64,000 bases of DNA from Candidatus Woesearchaeota archaeon (GCA_964372205.1 CAYJQB010000001.1:551699-615698), one strand, 5' to 3'. Positions 18,817-28,656 are shown, counted from the stretch's first letter. Numbers and translations are program-made. The notes: generated from the letters alone by a model not told the origin.

Positions 18817-20535
18817 TCAACCCAATCCGCCTTTCCTTCTCTTCTGCATCCGAGCAAACTCATTCTTTAAATCATCCAAGGTAGCTACATCATGCTTCCC
18901 TCTTTCAGGACGATAATGTGTTATTTTTGGAAACCTTAAAGCATATCCTGAACTATATGTAGGACTTGGCTGAACATTTTGATAGGTAACAGAAACAACA
19001 ACACTAGGTTTTACCTGAACATAACCTTTTTCTTCTTTTATTATGAGTGGCTGAAGAATATCATCTATTTCCTTATAGGTAGTTCCATCACTTCCATCCT
19101 TCTCCTTTAGTCCCGAAGAAACTTTTCCAACTTCAACAAGTTCCCTGCTTCCTGAGTTTTTCCTACAAGCAACTATAAAACTTGTAAGTCCTCCAGCCCT
19201 TTTACCTTTTCCGTACTCTGCTCCAACAATAACCAAGTCCAAATCTTTTGCCTCTGGTTTCATTTTCACCATATACCCTACTCTTCTCCCAGGCCTATAC
19301 GGAGCATCAAGCTTCTTCACCATTATCCCCTCTTCCCCTATTTTCAAAGCTTCTTTGTAAAATTTCTCAACTTCCTTTTTATCATCAGTTACAATCTGAG
19401 TGGATAATCTAATCTTCCAAGGCTCATGTTTTACTATTTTTTCAATAACCTTTCTCCTCTCAGTGAAGGGAATATCTATCTTGCTCTCTCCATTTAGATA
19501 GATAATATCAAAGATATTTATTTCAACAGGTAATTTTTTTATAAGTTTTTCAATCTCATATTTCCTTCTTATCCTCTGACTTATTGCTTCAAAGGGCTTG
19601 TATTTCTTTTTTTCAGGATCATACCCCACAACTTCTGAATCCAATATGAAGTCTTTTCCAACAATTCTGTCTTTCACAACTTTTACAACATCTGGAAATT
19701 GATTAGTAACATTATCAAGTCTCCTAGTAAACAAGCTTACCTTCCCTTCCTTGTCTTTGTTTATCAACACCCTAAATCCATCGTACTTATGTTCAACAGC
19801 TACCTTACTCCCGCAAATTCTAAAAGCTTCATCAATATTAGTAACTTTCACAGGCAACATCACTTTCAAGGGTCTTCCAGGAACGATTTTCACTTTCTCA
19901 AGACCTTTCTTACCTTTAGAAGCCATCTCAAATACTTCTGCAAAATCGTTTACCTTGTCATATGTTTCTTCAACAACATCTTTCATTTCTTTATCTTCCC
20001 CAAAAAAAGAAACTACTATAGCATCTCTTAGAATAGCATCTGCAACCCCTACTCTCAAATCATTAAGAAGAGTCCTTATAATGTATACTGAACCGCTTCC
20101 AGAAGCAGAACTTAGCAATTCGACAACATAACTAAGCTTTCTGTCTACCGCTCCTTTTCCAGTTATGTCCACAATCTTCCTAAGATTATCAAAAACCCTT
20201 GCCACATCAAGCTCTTTGGAGAATAGAGTAGACTGTCTTTTCTTTCCAATCAGCTCTGTAGCCACATCTCCCAAATCTCCAATCTTATGGAACCTTTTTG
20301 TTACTTCCTTCACATCCACCGCAGCAGCCCTCGATATTGCCTTTATAGCCAATTGTGTTGATATCCCAAATTCTCTTTCATCATAATCCGGAAGAACTCT
20401 TCCCCTCAATAAATATATCCATTCACTATGATCTTTCAGCTTCGGTAAAAATCTAGCCAGAATATCAACTTTTTCCAATTTTTTTGTTGTACTTGATAGT
20501 TTTTCATAGATTTCAACAAGCTCTGAATATTTCAT
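18817..20535 (-). CDS. lig: ATP-dependent DNA ligase
   Basis: EHKYDGFR adenylation motif, EGIMVK, DLDLVIVG and ALRFP motifs. Confidence 0.97.
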   Translation of the reverse strand: MKYSELVEIYEKLSSTTKKLEKVDILARFLPKLKDHSEWIYLLRGRVLPDYDEREFGISTQLAIKAISRAAAVDVKEVTKRFHKIGDLGDVATELIGKKRQSTLFSKELDVARVFDNLRKIVDITGKGAVDRKLSYVVELLSSASGSGSVYIIRTLLNDLRVGVADAILRDAIVVSFFGEDKEMKDVVEETYDKVNDFAEVFEMASKGKKGLEKVKIVPGRPLKVMLPVKVTNIDEAFRICGSKVAVEHKYDGFRVLINKDKEGKVSLFTRRLDNVTNQFPDVVKVVKDRIVGKDFILDSEVVGYDPEKKKYKPFEAISQRIRRKYEIEKLIKKLPVEINIFDIIYLNGESKIDIPFTERRKVIEKIVKHEPWKIRLSTQIVTDDKKEVEKFYKEALKIGEEGIMVKKLDAPYRPGRRVGYMVKMKPEAKDLDLVIVGAEYGKGKRAGGLTSFIVACRKNSGSRELVEVGKVSSGLKEKDGSDGTTYKEIDDILQPLIIKEEKGYVQVKPSVVVSVTYQNVQPSPTYSSGYALRFPKITHYRPERGKHDVATLDDLKNEFARMQKRRKGGLG

Positions 20536-20616
20536 CTCAAAATAAAGAACTGATTATTTAAAAACCATCACTTCAGAATATAAAAATTTATAAGAAAATC
20601 TTATAGAGAAGGTTTT

Positions 20617-20865
20617 ATGAGGGAAAGAGAAAAAAGCAAGCTTATCAAAATTATAAAAGCATCTGGATGCACTCTAGCTGCAGTCTCTTCATCATTACTA
20701 TTCCCAACAGGGCTCTACTTAATAGGTCATGGAATAGTAGAAGCAGACGCTCCGGAAATCTGTTATGGGGTGCTTTCTGCTTCAGCAGGAACAGGCATTT
20801 CATTAGGATTTGGCTATGCTGCCTTAAACTATTACAAATCTCTCAGACAAAGAGAAACTAATTAG
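20617..20865 (+). CDS. small membrane protein
   Basis: 82 aa with two hydrophobic segments; tttataa upstream. Confidence 0.5.
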   Translation: MREREKSKLIKIIKASGCTLAAVSSSLLFPTGLYLIGHGIVEADAPEICYGVLSASAGTGISLGFGYAALNYYKSLRQRETN

Positions 20866-20871
20866 AATTGA

Positions 20872-23523
20872 TTAGTCAAATCCATTAGCAAGAACTATCA
20901 CTTCATCCTCAAGCAATGGCCTGTGATACATTCTCACATCATCTATATTTCCCCAGTAATAATCGCTATATCCACTTTCAGAGTTAACATTTGTCTGTGC
21001 CCCAATTATCAAGTTACTCTGAATATCCCCTGGCTTGACATTAACAGCATTCTTAACGCTCTTTCTCTCTCCGTTTATATAAAGTTTCAACTCATTTCCA
21101 TCATAAATAACAGCAACATGATTCCAAGTAGTTGGATTTGCTAGTACAGAAGACACAAGAACCTCTCCGCTTCCATCCGCATTAGGATAAAATACAAAAT
21201 ATAATTTTCCTGCAGAATCTAAAAACATAGCATAACTCTTTTCATCAGGCATATTATTCTTGCTCATAACAACATAATACTCTCCTTGAGCAGGAGTTTG
21301 TTGTAATCTCATCCAAGTTGATATAGAAAAGGCGTTATACAAGTCAAAATCACTCTGCGTATCAACATAATCCTTCTCGCTTCTCTTGAAGAACAAGCTA
21401 TTTCCCACCTTTCCGTTAGCTATTGAAGCCCCGTTTACAAGAGCATCATTTATCTGCACATCGGTCACTTCACTAGTGTATTGCTTTCCACTTTTATTAT
21501 AAACAGAATCAAATGGCCATCTTGCCCACTGTGCGATACCGAATCCAGACCTCAACATTGGATAAGTCTTGCTATTTACAATTATCCAAGTATTCGCAAA
21601 ATCCCAGTATTGATATGTGCTTTGCTGTTTCATTTGAACTGTTGTTTTTCCATAAACTCCTTGGCATTTTCCATCAGGATCATATCCACAAGCCTCTGTC
21701 TGTCCAGAAGCTTGCATATCAAAATAATGGTCATCATCTATATAACCAGATGTTAAACGATCAACTCTTCCTATATATCCTCCTGTCCCGTCTTCCCTTC
21801 CAAAAACTGCTCCAGCAGAATAGGATTTATCAAGAACGGCCTCGAATTCTAGATCACCTACTAGACCTCCTGTATCACGACCATCTACAAGACTATTAGA
21901 TACCTTGGCCAATGAAAATACTTCTCCCACGTATCCTCCCAAAGCATTTCCAACGATTCCCCCAGCAGAATTAAATCCGTAAATTTTGCCAGAGGAATAA
22001 GAGTCTTGAATATTTCCTCCTGTCGACGATGTTCCAGCAAGTCCTCCCAACCAAAGAGAATTTGTTCCATTGAGAACTCCATGGAAATAAGAATCTGATA
22101 TTTCACCTTCATTGTCTCCAACCAACCCTCCACACTCTTCAACGATTTCACAAGTTACAGATCCAATAAATGCAGAGTTTCTAATTATACCTTCAGAAAT
22201 AACTGCAATTCCCCCTACAACTGCTTCGTCCCAATCAGAATTATTCATATTTGCACTCACACTTCCCTGATAAACTGAATTGCTTATTTCCCCATTGTTC
22301 CATATAGAAAACCCTGCAACTCCAAGAACACTATCGATATCAATAGATATCTTACCATGAACCTTACCACTTATTTTTGTATTCTTTATAATCCCATTGT
22401 TTAATAATACAAGACCGCTCTCCAGAAAGATCTGATTTGCTTGTGATGAAAGCTCATTAAAAATATTCACATCTAGATTTATATTTTTTATCTCTCCTGA
22501 AGATACAGCAAATAAAGACACATACTGAATAGTTTCCCCTGACCAAAACTCTTCCTTAATCTGAAGATTATTTACGTTCTTGATATCAAAACCATTACCA
22601 TCATAAACCCCTGTGAATGGATTTTCCAAACCACCTATAGGATCAAAAGCGATACCATCAAGGTTAATATCTGCCATTTGAGTGTAGCATCCTTTCAGAT
22701 CATCTCTCACATTATCAAGATCTTGAACCGTCCAGACCTTATATTTTTTGCATCCTCCAAAGTCAGGCTCAATGAAATTGCTTGAGTTTATCTTAAAAAT
22801 GTCAGACACTTCAAAACAGTATAAATGAGCATTTTCAACATTAGAAAAATAATCACAATCTCCTTCAAAAGAATTTGTCCAATCGCCGGATGTCTCTGAA
22901 AGAATACCTACTCCTGCATAATCTTCTGAAGACTCACTATTCCAATCGCCACAAGTGCTATAACCATTACTCCCCACAATAACACTTCCATCGCTTGCAG
23001 TTCCAGTATAAACATTAGGCACTTGAGCGTCTCCTTCAAGACCTGTTCCATACTCAGTAATTTCTATGGCTGCATCAAGAGTACCGTCTAATAAATCAGA
23101 TTTACTATCTGCAATCTTTACGCCATCAATCCTTACATATTTCCCGTCATTTATTTTACCTTTGGCATCCTTAGAACTAGAAGAAAGCCATGCAACATAT
23201 CTTCCGTCAAGTCCCGCTCTTCCAGCAGCAAGATTACAAACTCCATTTGCACCCACAATTCCTCCAAGATTAGGAGAAAAAGTATCATTTGTTAAAAATA
23301 CCCTCCATTCATTCGGATTGGTAGGTCCTAAATCTCCTCCGACATTTCCTCCAGAGCCTATCCCTCCAAGGTTTCCTGCTCCGTCCCTCTGCACACTCGG
23401 ACTGAATTCCGGAGAATTAATATAACTCATAATTGCTAAAGAAACGATAACAATCCCAACGACACTGGTTATTGCAACTAAGGTATTATTTCTTCTATCA
23501 ACCCTCTTTTCTCGCTTCATCAC
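20872..23523 (-). CDS. surface protein: N-terminal TM, DUF1554-like domain, GLUG-type repeats, LamG/concanavalin-like domain
   Basis: NLGGIVGANGVCN...AWLSS; repeated GGLVG/GGIVG; W-x-HVAVIYDG...LYING...IDDVRMY. Confidence 0.8.
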   Translation of the reverse strand: MMKREKRVDRRNNTLVAITSVVGIVIVSLAIMSYINSPEFSPSVQRDGAGNLGGIGSGGNVGGDLGPTNPNEWRVFLTNDTFSPNLGGIVGANGVCNLAAGRAGLDGRYVAWLSSSSKDAKGKINDGKYVRIDGVKIADSKSDLLDGTLDAAIEITEYGTGLEGDAQVPNVYTGTASDGSVIVGSNGYSTCGDWNSESSEDYAGVGILSETSGDWTNSFEGDCDYFSNVENAHLYCFEVSDIFKINSSNFIEPDFGGCKKYKVWTVQDLDNVRDDLKGCYTQMADINLDGIAFDPIGGLENPFTGVYDGNGFDIKNVNNLQIKEEFWSGETIQYVSLFAVSSGEIKNINLDVNIFNELSSQANQIFLESGLVLLNNGIIKNTKISGKVHGKISIDIDSVLGVAGFSIWNNGEISNSVYQGSVSANMNNSDWDEAVVGGIAVISEGIIRNSAFIGSVTCEIVEECGGLVGDNEGEISDSYFHGVLNGTNSLWLGGLAGTSSTGGNIQDSYSSGKIYGFNSAGGIVGNALGGYVGEVFSLAKVSNSLVDGRDTGGLVGDLEFEAVLDKSYSAGAVFGREDGTGGYIGRVDRLTSGYIDDDHYFDMQASGQTEACGYDPDGKCQGVYGKTTVQMKQQSTYQYWDFANTWIIVNSKTYPMLRSGFGIAQWARWPFDSVYNKSGKQYTSEVTDVQINDALVNGASIANGKVGNSLFFKRSEKDYVDTQSDFDLYNAFSISTWMRLQQTPAQGEYYVVMSKNNMPDEKSYAMFLDSAGKLYFVFYPNADGSGEVLVSSVLANPTTWNHVAVIYDGNELKLYINGERKSVKNAVNVKPGDIQSNLIIGAQTNVNSESGYSDYYWGNIDDVRMYHRPLLEDEVIVLANGFD

Positions 23524-23579
23524 TTTCTCTTAATGTAACATAGATGACTGTAGGTTTAACTTTATAAATATTTAGAGAA

Positions 23580-24380
23580 TCAAATCCAGCCCCTCTTCCT
23601 TATGCCCTGATTATATATCTGGAAAATAAAACTTTTTTCAGCAAGACTTCTATGTTTTCTCAAATAAGCAACCCTTCTTCCTTTATCGTTCTCAATCTCG
23701 ATAAGGCATTTACTCCAATATTTCAATATGTCTCCTCCGACCATTCTTTTTTCATTATCCCAGCTGTAAATTTGATTTGTAACAAGAACAGGAATATTCT
23801 GTTTTCTGGCAATCTCTGCAAGAAGTCTCATCTGCCTAGTAAGTTCAGCATTCACTTTTTGTATATGCTGAATGTCTTTCTCCATTTTTCCATTTTCAAC
23901 ATCTTCAAGTTTCTTTTCCCGAGCATCAGCAAACTCAAGTCTATAAAGCATAGTCATCCCATCTACAATAATCAAGCTTATTTTATTGTTCAAATATTTC
24001 AATAGCTGGTCAAAAGCATCTTTCTGTTCCTTAAAACTTGTAGGTTTCAATAATAATATGTTCTCAAGCACTTTATCCAACTCCCCGTTCTCATTGTCAG
24101 CACCAATCAACTGCTTCACTCTTTCAGAAGAAAAGCCTCCTTCAGTATCTATAAATATCACTTTATTTCCTTTTTTAGCTTGTGAAACCGCTGCGCACAA
24201 ACAAAAGTTTGTTTTCCCACTTCCAGCCCCCCCATAAAAAGTTGTTATTATGTCAGAATCATACCCTCCATGAAGCCATCTGTTCAAGTCATAACTTCCG
24301 GCAGATAGCTTCCTGTTCCCTGGACTCCTAGAACCCGGAGAGGTTGTAGAGTCATAACTTCCGGCAGATAGCTTTACCAT
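23580..24380 (-). CDS. radB: DNA repair and recombination protein RadB, with a 21-aa duplication/insertion at the N-terminus
   Basis: Walker A GGAGSGKT, FIDTEGGFSSER, Walker B IIVDG, GGDILKYWSK and KHR motif; KLSAGSYD occurs twice. Confidence 0.93.
   Translation of the reverse strand: MVKLSAGSYDSTTSPGSRSPGNRKLSAGSYDLNRWLHGGYDSDIITTFYGGAGSGKTNFCLCAAVSQAKKGNKVIFIDTEGGFSSERVKQLIGADNENGELDKVLENILLLKPTSFKEQKDAFDQLLKYLNNKISLIIVDGMTMLYRLEFADAREKKLEDVENGKMEKDIQHIQKVNAELTRQMRLLAEIARKQNIPVLVTNQIYSWDNEKRMVGGDILKYWSKCLIEIENDKGRRVAYLRKHRSLAEKSFIFQIYNQGIRKRGWI
24287..24374 (+). repeat. perfect 25-bp direct repeats flanking a 38-bp insert (period 63, in-frame)
   Basis: agtcataacttccggcagatagctt at 24287-24311 and 24350-24374. 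Confidence 0.97.
24312..24349 (+). mobile_element. putative mini-element, copy C (insert in radB)
   Basis: Core ctggactcctagaacccggagaggttgta (24320-24348) matches 57513-57542 at 26 of 30 aligned positions; mobility is inferred. Confidence 0.6.
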
Positions 24381-24454
24381 GAATATCCGTCAATTATCAG
24401 ATATATAAAAATTAGTATAACGAATAAATATAAAATAAAAAAATAAAATTGTTT

Positions 24455-24640
24455 TTACCTTCTCTTTTTCTTCTTAACAGGCGCAGAGCTTACTGAAGCT
24501 CTTCTATCGCTCTTGGCTGTTTCAAAGACAAGAAGCAAAACAGCAGCAACCAGTATTATCCAGTAAGAAAAATCGGTCTGCCATAAAGAAAACCCTATAA
24601 TTATGGCCAACAGAGCAATTTTCCAATTTTTGCTTATCAT
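24455..24640 (-). CDS. small two-TM protein with basic tail
   Basis: 61 aa; GGAGGTGA Shine-Dalgarno upstream; resembles its neighbour. Confidence 0.75.
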   Translation of the reverse strand: MISKNWKIALLAIIIGFSLWQTDFSYWIILVAAVLLLVFETAKSDRRASVSSAPVKKKKRR

Positions 24641-24643
24641 TTT

Positions 24644-24651
24644 TCACCTCC
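24644..24651 (-). promoter_or_regulatory. Shine-Dalgarno GGAGGTGA
   Basis: tcacctcc on the + strand, 3 nt from the ATG at 24640. Confidence 0.8.
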
Positions 24652-24687
24652 TATAAATCTAAATAAAAATAATTTAAAAATGTAATG

Positions 24688-24903
24688 TTATCTCCTTCTC
24701 TTCTTAGAGCTCTTTTTTGGACTTGCGATTGGCGCAGTAGCTGATCTTTTCACGCTACAGCAGTTTGTGCACATCCAGGCATGTAACAGCAACAAAATCG
24801 CAGCTACCACAATTATCCATTGCGAATAAGTCCATGTCCATAGTGCAAACACTATAATGACAATAGCCAATATAGTTTCGGTCCATTTACAATTGCACTG
24901 CAT
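24688..24903 (-). CDS. small two-TM protein with Cys cluster and basic tail
   Basis: 71 aa; SD upstream; N-terminal CxC and CxxCC after the second TM. Confidence 0.75.
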   Translation of the reverse strand: MQCNCKWTETILAIVIIVFALWTWTYSQWIIVVAAILLLLHAWMCTNCCSVKRSATAPIASPKKSSKKRRR

Positions 24904-24906
24904 TCT

Positions 24907-24914
24907 TCACCTCC
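24907..24914 (-). promoter_or_regulatory. Shine-Dalgarno GGAGGTGA
   Basis: tcacctcc on the + strand, 3 nt from the ATG at 24903. Confidence 0.8.
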
Positions 24915-24953
24915 ATAATAACATTGAAGAAAAATGCATTAATAAACATAACG

Positions 24954-25208
24954 TTATTTCTTACTAATTGATAACTTACTAGAATCTTTCTCTATAGCAG
25001 AGATTGCTTCACCGATAGCTTTTTTTACAGTCTTGCCTGAAGTCTGAACCTTCAAAAGTGCAGGTTTAGAAATGTGCTCTCTTCTCCATGCAACAAAATC
25101 AACTCCCTCAGTCTTGCTCAGATAAACTCTCAACAATTCAGCTATTGTGACATTATCTATCTTGAGTTCAATATCATCCTTTTCAGATTTGATAACTTCG
25201 ATTTCCAT
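24954..25208 (-). CDS. rpoL: DNA-directed RNA polymerase subunit L (Rpo11)
   Basis: TIAELLRVYL...GVDFVAWRREH...KPALLKVQT pattern; 84 aa. Confidence 0.8.
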   Translation of the reverse strand: MEIEVIKSEKDDIELKIDNVTIAELLRVYLSKTEGVDFVAWRREHISKPALLKVQTSGKTVKKAIGEAISAIEKDSSKLSISKK

Positions 25209-25289
25209 AGTAATCATCAAGAAAATTGCTTTTTAAACCTTTCCAACAATCACATAAATATTATTAAGTAATCCCACAAAAAAAAGTCC

Positions 25290-25568
25290 ATGTTACTCCT
25301 AAAAATACTGGGCTTAATAGACCTAATAGCTGCCTCAACATTCCTGATGTTGATATTTGGAATAAACCCTCTTTTGCCCTTAGTCTTGTTCTCAGCAGGT
25401 CTTCTTCTCTTGAAAGGGCTGTTCATCATCACTGGAGACGTACTTAGTCTTATTGATTTAACCGGTTCTGTAGTCCTTTTAATAACTCTTCTGATTACAA
25501 TACCTTCAATAATTTCCTGGGCACTTGCTTTCTTATTGCTAGCAAAAGGAGTAGTAAGCTTTGTTTAA
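25290..25568 (+). CDS. small membrane protein
   Basis: Hydrophobic 92 aa with an internal GxxDL repeat. Confidence 0.65.
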   Translation: MLLLKILGLIDLIAASTFLMLIFGINPLLPLVLFSAGLLLLKGLFIITGDVLSLIDLTGSVVLLITLLITIPSIISWALAFLLLAKGVVSFV

Positions 25569-26131
25569 TCGATTATTTCTATATCTCCGCCAACCCAAGC
25601 ATCGGCGTCTGCTTTCTCAATCTTCTTCTTAGACTCATTTCTTCTCTCTTCCCTAAATTTCTCAGCCTGATTCTCCTCAAGCATCTTCCTGGCAGAGTTA
25701 AAGGCATCTTTATCCTTCCTCAAAGAAATTCCTAAAGCTTCCTCAAGCTTTGTTATAAGAACTATACTATTCGAATCAAGCTCTCCTAATTCTAATCTCT
25801 TTATGTTATCTTCGGAGTCTCCAATTGTCTTAGCAAGTTGCATTCTTGAAATTCCCTTTTCTCTTCTCATCCTAGAAAGCTTCCAGTGAAAGTTATCTTC
25901 CAAAGAGTTAGCAATTCTTTGCCTAAGACTATCTTTTGCAGCCTTGTCCTTTGGAGTTAAATCTAAGGTTAAATGATTCTTCTTCGCAGGCATAGGCACA
26001 TTCGCCTGTGCGTATATCTCCTGTTTAGATGGAGTGTTCAGAATAAAAAGTTCCTCTTCTTCTGCTTGGGATTTCGGAACACGCATAATCTGCCCATCCT
26101 TTATCACCTCTACAACAATTTCATCATACAT
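25565..26131 (-). CDS. XRE/MBF1-like helix-turn-helix protein
   Basis: RMRREKGISRMQLAKTIG...IKRLELG...KLEEALGISL. Confidence 0.75.
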   Translation of the reverse strand: MYDEIVVEVIKDGQIMRVPKSQAEEEELFILNTPSKQEIYAQANVPMPAKKNHLTLDLTPKDKAAKDSLRQRIANSLEDNFHWKLSRMRREKGISRMQLAKTIGDSEDNIKRLELGELDSNSIVLITKLEEALGISLRKDKDAFNSARKMLEENQAEKFREERRNESKKKIEKADADAWVGGDIEIID

Positions 26132-26183
26132 GAAAAATCAAGAAAACTCCTCTTTAAATTGTTTATTGCTCTAAAAAATATAG

Positions 26184-26855
26184 TTAATTTAGGTATTCTT
26201 TAAGGTCTTCCGTACTCCTCAAATTGTAGATAATTACATCTTCATTTATTATTACTGCTGGAAATTCTTCTATTTTATACTCCTGTACTAATACTTCTAG
26301 AGAGACTAGCCCTTGATCGGCTGCTATCGGAATAAGAACAAATCTTGCTCCATCCTCGTCCTTAAGATCCCTTAAAATTCTAGACCAGATTATCTGCTCA
26401 CTTATTTTAGCAACATCTTCAGTTTCATATTCATACAAATATACCACGCTGTTTATATTGCCGCATCTTTTTCTTAGCTCGATTATATTTATCCAATAGA
26501 TTGTCCTAAGCAAGTCATACTTCTTATGTAATATTTTGGATGCGCCAGTTATCTTATTTGAGTTATCATAATTTTCCAAAAGCAACGCTTCCTCGTATAT
26601 TTTATCAGCAAAAGTTATACTCACATCTCGAAGTTCATCACAAGAGATTTCTTCTGAATCAATCAAGCTTGACAAAGCATAACTATCATATAAAGATATC
26701 TCTGAATCATAAAAGTCTATAGCTATAGAATCTGTTCTCATCTGTTCTAAATATACTCCCAAGACAAGGCCTACTGCAAAAACTAAGACTGCTACGAAAA
26801 AAGCCTGCCAAAATGCGTGTTTTTTATTGCTAAACATCTTCTGTATCATCTCCAA
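26184..26855 (-). CDS. membrane-anchored hypothetical protein, possible C-terminal thioredoxin-like fold
   Basis: N-terminal TM; YKIEEFPAVIIN resembles a thioredoxin cis-Pro loop but there is no CxxC. Confidence 0.65.
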   Translation of the reverse strand: MEMIQKMFSNKKHAFWQAFFVAVLVFAVGLVLGVYLEQMRTDSIAIDFYDSEISLYDSYALSSLIDSEEISCDELRDVSITFADKIYEEALLLENYDNSNKITGASKILHKKYDLLRTIYWINIIELRKRCGNINSVVYLYEYETEDVAKISEQIIWSRILRDLKDEDGARFVLIPIAADQGLVSLEVLVQEYKIEEFPAVIINEDVIIYNLRSTEDLKEYLN

Positions 26856-28075
26856 GCATATTTCTTTCTTAAAAGTTTGTATAAAGAAGACATTAAGATT
26901 ATTGGATAGATGGCTGTATATATCAACGAGTAGAAAAGAACCGCGAATAATCCTTCTTTCTGCCCCGTTTCTTTATTCACTATCTTCAGTGCAAAAAATA
27001 AGAAAACAAGCCCTGCCAGAAATAGAACAATTCCAAGGAAATTCAATATAGAGGGATTAAGATTAACATCTTGTAGATATAAAAGAGCAGTATTTGTGTC
27101 TATACTAAAGATAGTTGTTAGGTAATATTTCCATATTCTGAGGAATATCCTCCATCCGAGAAACCCAATCCCGAAAACTCCCAAAAGCAAAGAGATTGCA
27201 AAAAAAGGTAATATGAAGAATCCTAACATCCCTCTTCTAAACCACGCATGCTTGTATTTGAAGATAGTCTGCATACCTCCGATATTCCACCTTACCCTCT
27301 GAACATACCATTTTTTCAAGGTATCTGGTGCAACTGTTGTGACTTTTGAAACAAAAGACATCCTTATTTTATATCTCTCGTAGACAAGATGCCATGTAGC
27401 TTCTATATCTTCTGTCATGTTGTTAGGATCGAAACCGCCGATATGTTCTAGCGCTTTTTTATCATACAGAGCCAAAGGCCCTGGAGTCACATATATAGCA
27501 TCTAAAAAGCCCAAAAGTTTTCTTGTAAATGCAATCACCTTATACTCGACCGCTTGCAATCTCCTTAGAAAATTATCTGCCCCTCGAACTTGAACTCTTG
27601 TGGTTACAGCCCCAACTTTTTTTTCATCAAAAAACCCCACCATGCTTGATAGAGCATGCTTTTCAGGATAAGAATCAGCGTCAACAACTGCTATTAATTC
27701 CCCTTTTGCAATTTTAATTGCTTTGTTAAGAGCATTCGCTTTACCCTGTTTTTCTGCCAGTAGATATTTCACAAGAGGATATCTTCTCTCCAACTCTTTT
27801 GCTATTTCAGGAGTCCTATCTTTGCTGTTATTATCTAAAATTATTATTTCTACGATGTTATCATAGTCTGAAGCAAGCACACTCTCGACAGTTCCTTTAA
27901 TGCTTTTCTCTTCATTATAAGCAGGAATCAAGACAGAAACAGAATAGTGCTTTGTTATCTTTGGCACTGAAAACACTTCTTTTCTGTTTTGGATAAACGT
28001 CAAAACAAAAAGACTGAGAAAATAAATCGAAATGAACATGTATAATAGATACACAAAAGTTACAAATTCAACCAT
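26846..28075 (-). CDS. GT2 family membrane glycosyltransferase
   Basis: IPAYNEE, GKANALN, DAD, TED and QRVRW (QxxRW) motifs of processive GT2 enzymes. Confidence 0.92.
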   Translation of the reverse strand: MVEFVTFVYLLYMFISIYFLSLFVLTFIQNRKEVFSVPKITKHYSVSVLIPAYNEEKSIKGTVESVLASDYDNIVEIIILDNNSKDRTPEIAKELERRYPLVKYLLAEKQGKANALNKAIKIAKGELIAVVDADSYPEKHALSSMVGFFDEKKVGAVTTRVQVRGADNFLRRLQAVEYKVIAFTRKLLGFLDAIYVTPGPLALYDKKALEHIGGFDPNNMTEDIEATWHLVYERYKIRMSFVSKVTTVAPDTLKKWYVQRVRWNIGGMQTIFKYKHAWFRRGMLGFFILPFFAISLLLGVFGIGFLGWRIFLRIWKYYLTTIFSIDTNTALLYLQDVNLNPSILNFLGIVLFLAGLVFLFFALKIVNKETGQKEGLFAVLFYSLIYTAIYPIILMSSLYKLLRKKYAWR

Positions 28076-28624
28076 TTATTCACTTCCCTTCTCCTCTCCA
28101 AAAGATTTGCCATTTTTCTGGACAGAAAAATAGTCATAGAATTCGTCGCTAAGAGTCAATTCATGAGTATGTCCCACTTTCCTTTTATGCACCAACCCCA
28201 TTGAAACAAAATTCTTTATATGGTCATAAGATTTGTTCCCTCTTATTTTCACTAGAACGCTCTGCTTCATGGGTTGTTTGTATGCTATAATTGCTAAGGT
28301 TTCCTGCTCTGCTTTAGTAAATTCGCTAGACCCAGTAGCAAGTTTATTAACCATTCCGAAATAATCTGGAGAAACATCCATCTTCCACAAGTCATCTTTT
28401 CTCACTATCTCTATGGCAGAATCTTTATATCTGTCAGTTAAATCATCTAAGAGTTTTCTAAGCAGAATCGGATTAATATCTGTAAGTCCCACTAACTCCT
28501 TCAGATTCAAAAATTTTCCAGATATGAACAATGCAGCCTCAATCTTTCTAAGATTTTCCCTTTCCCTGGAATCATCAATCTCTTCTATACTCTCACTAGA
28601 AAACTCTCCTTCTTCCATGTTCAA
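28076..28624 (-). CDS. scpB: SMC-Scp complex subunit ScpB
   Basis: IEAALFISG, ETLAIIAYKQP and IRG motifs. Confidence 0.9.
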   Translation of the reverse strand: MNMEEGEFSSESIEEIDDSRERENLRKIEAALFISGKFLNLKELVGLTDINPILLRKLLDDLTDRYKDSAIEIVRKDDLWKMDVSPDYFGMVNKLATGSSEFTKAEQETLAIIAYKQPMKQSVLVKIRGNKSYDHIKNFVSMGLVHKRKVGHTHELTLSDEFYDYFSVQKNGKSFGEEKGSE

Positions 28625-28656
28625 CCCTATGAAATGATATTTTTAAATTATCTGAA

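Noticed and set aside
24287-24374. Repeat-spacer-repeat geometry (25/38/25) resembling a minimal CRISPR array
   Set aside because: The repeat encodes RadB residues, has only two copies and no palindrome or leader, no cas genes are present, and the spacer recurs elsewhere; it is better read as a target duplication
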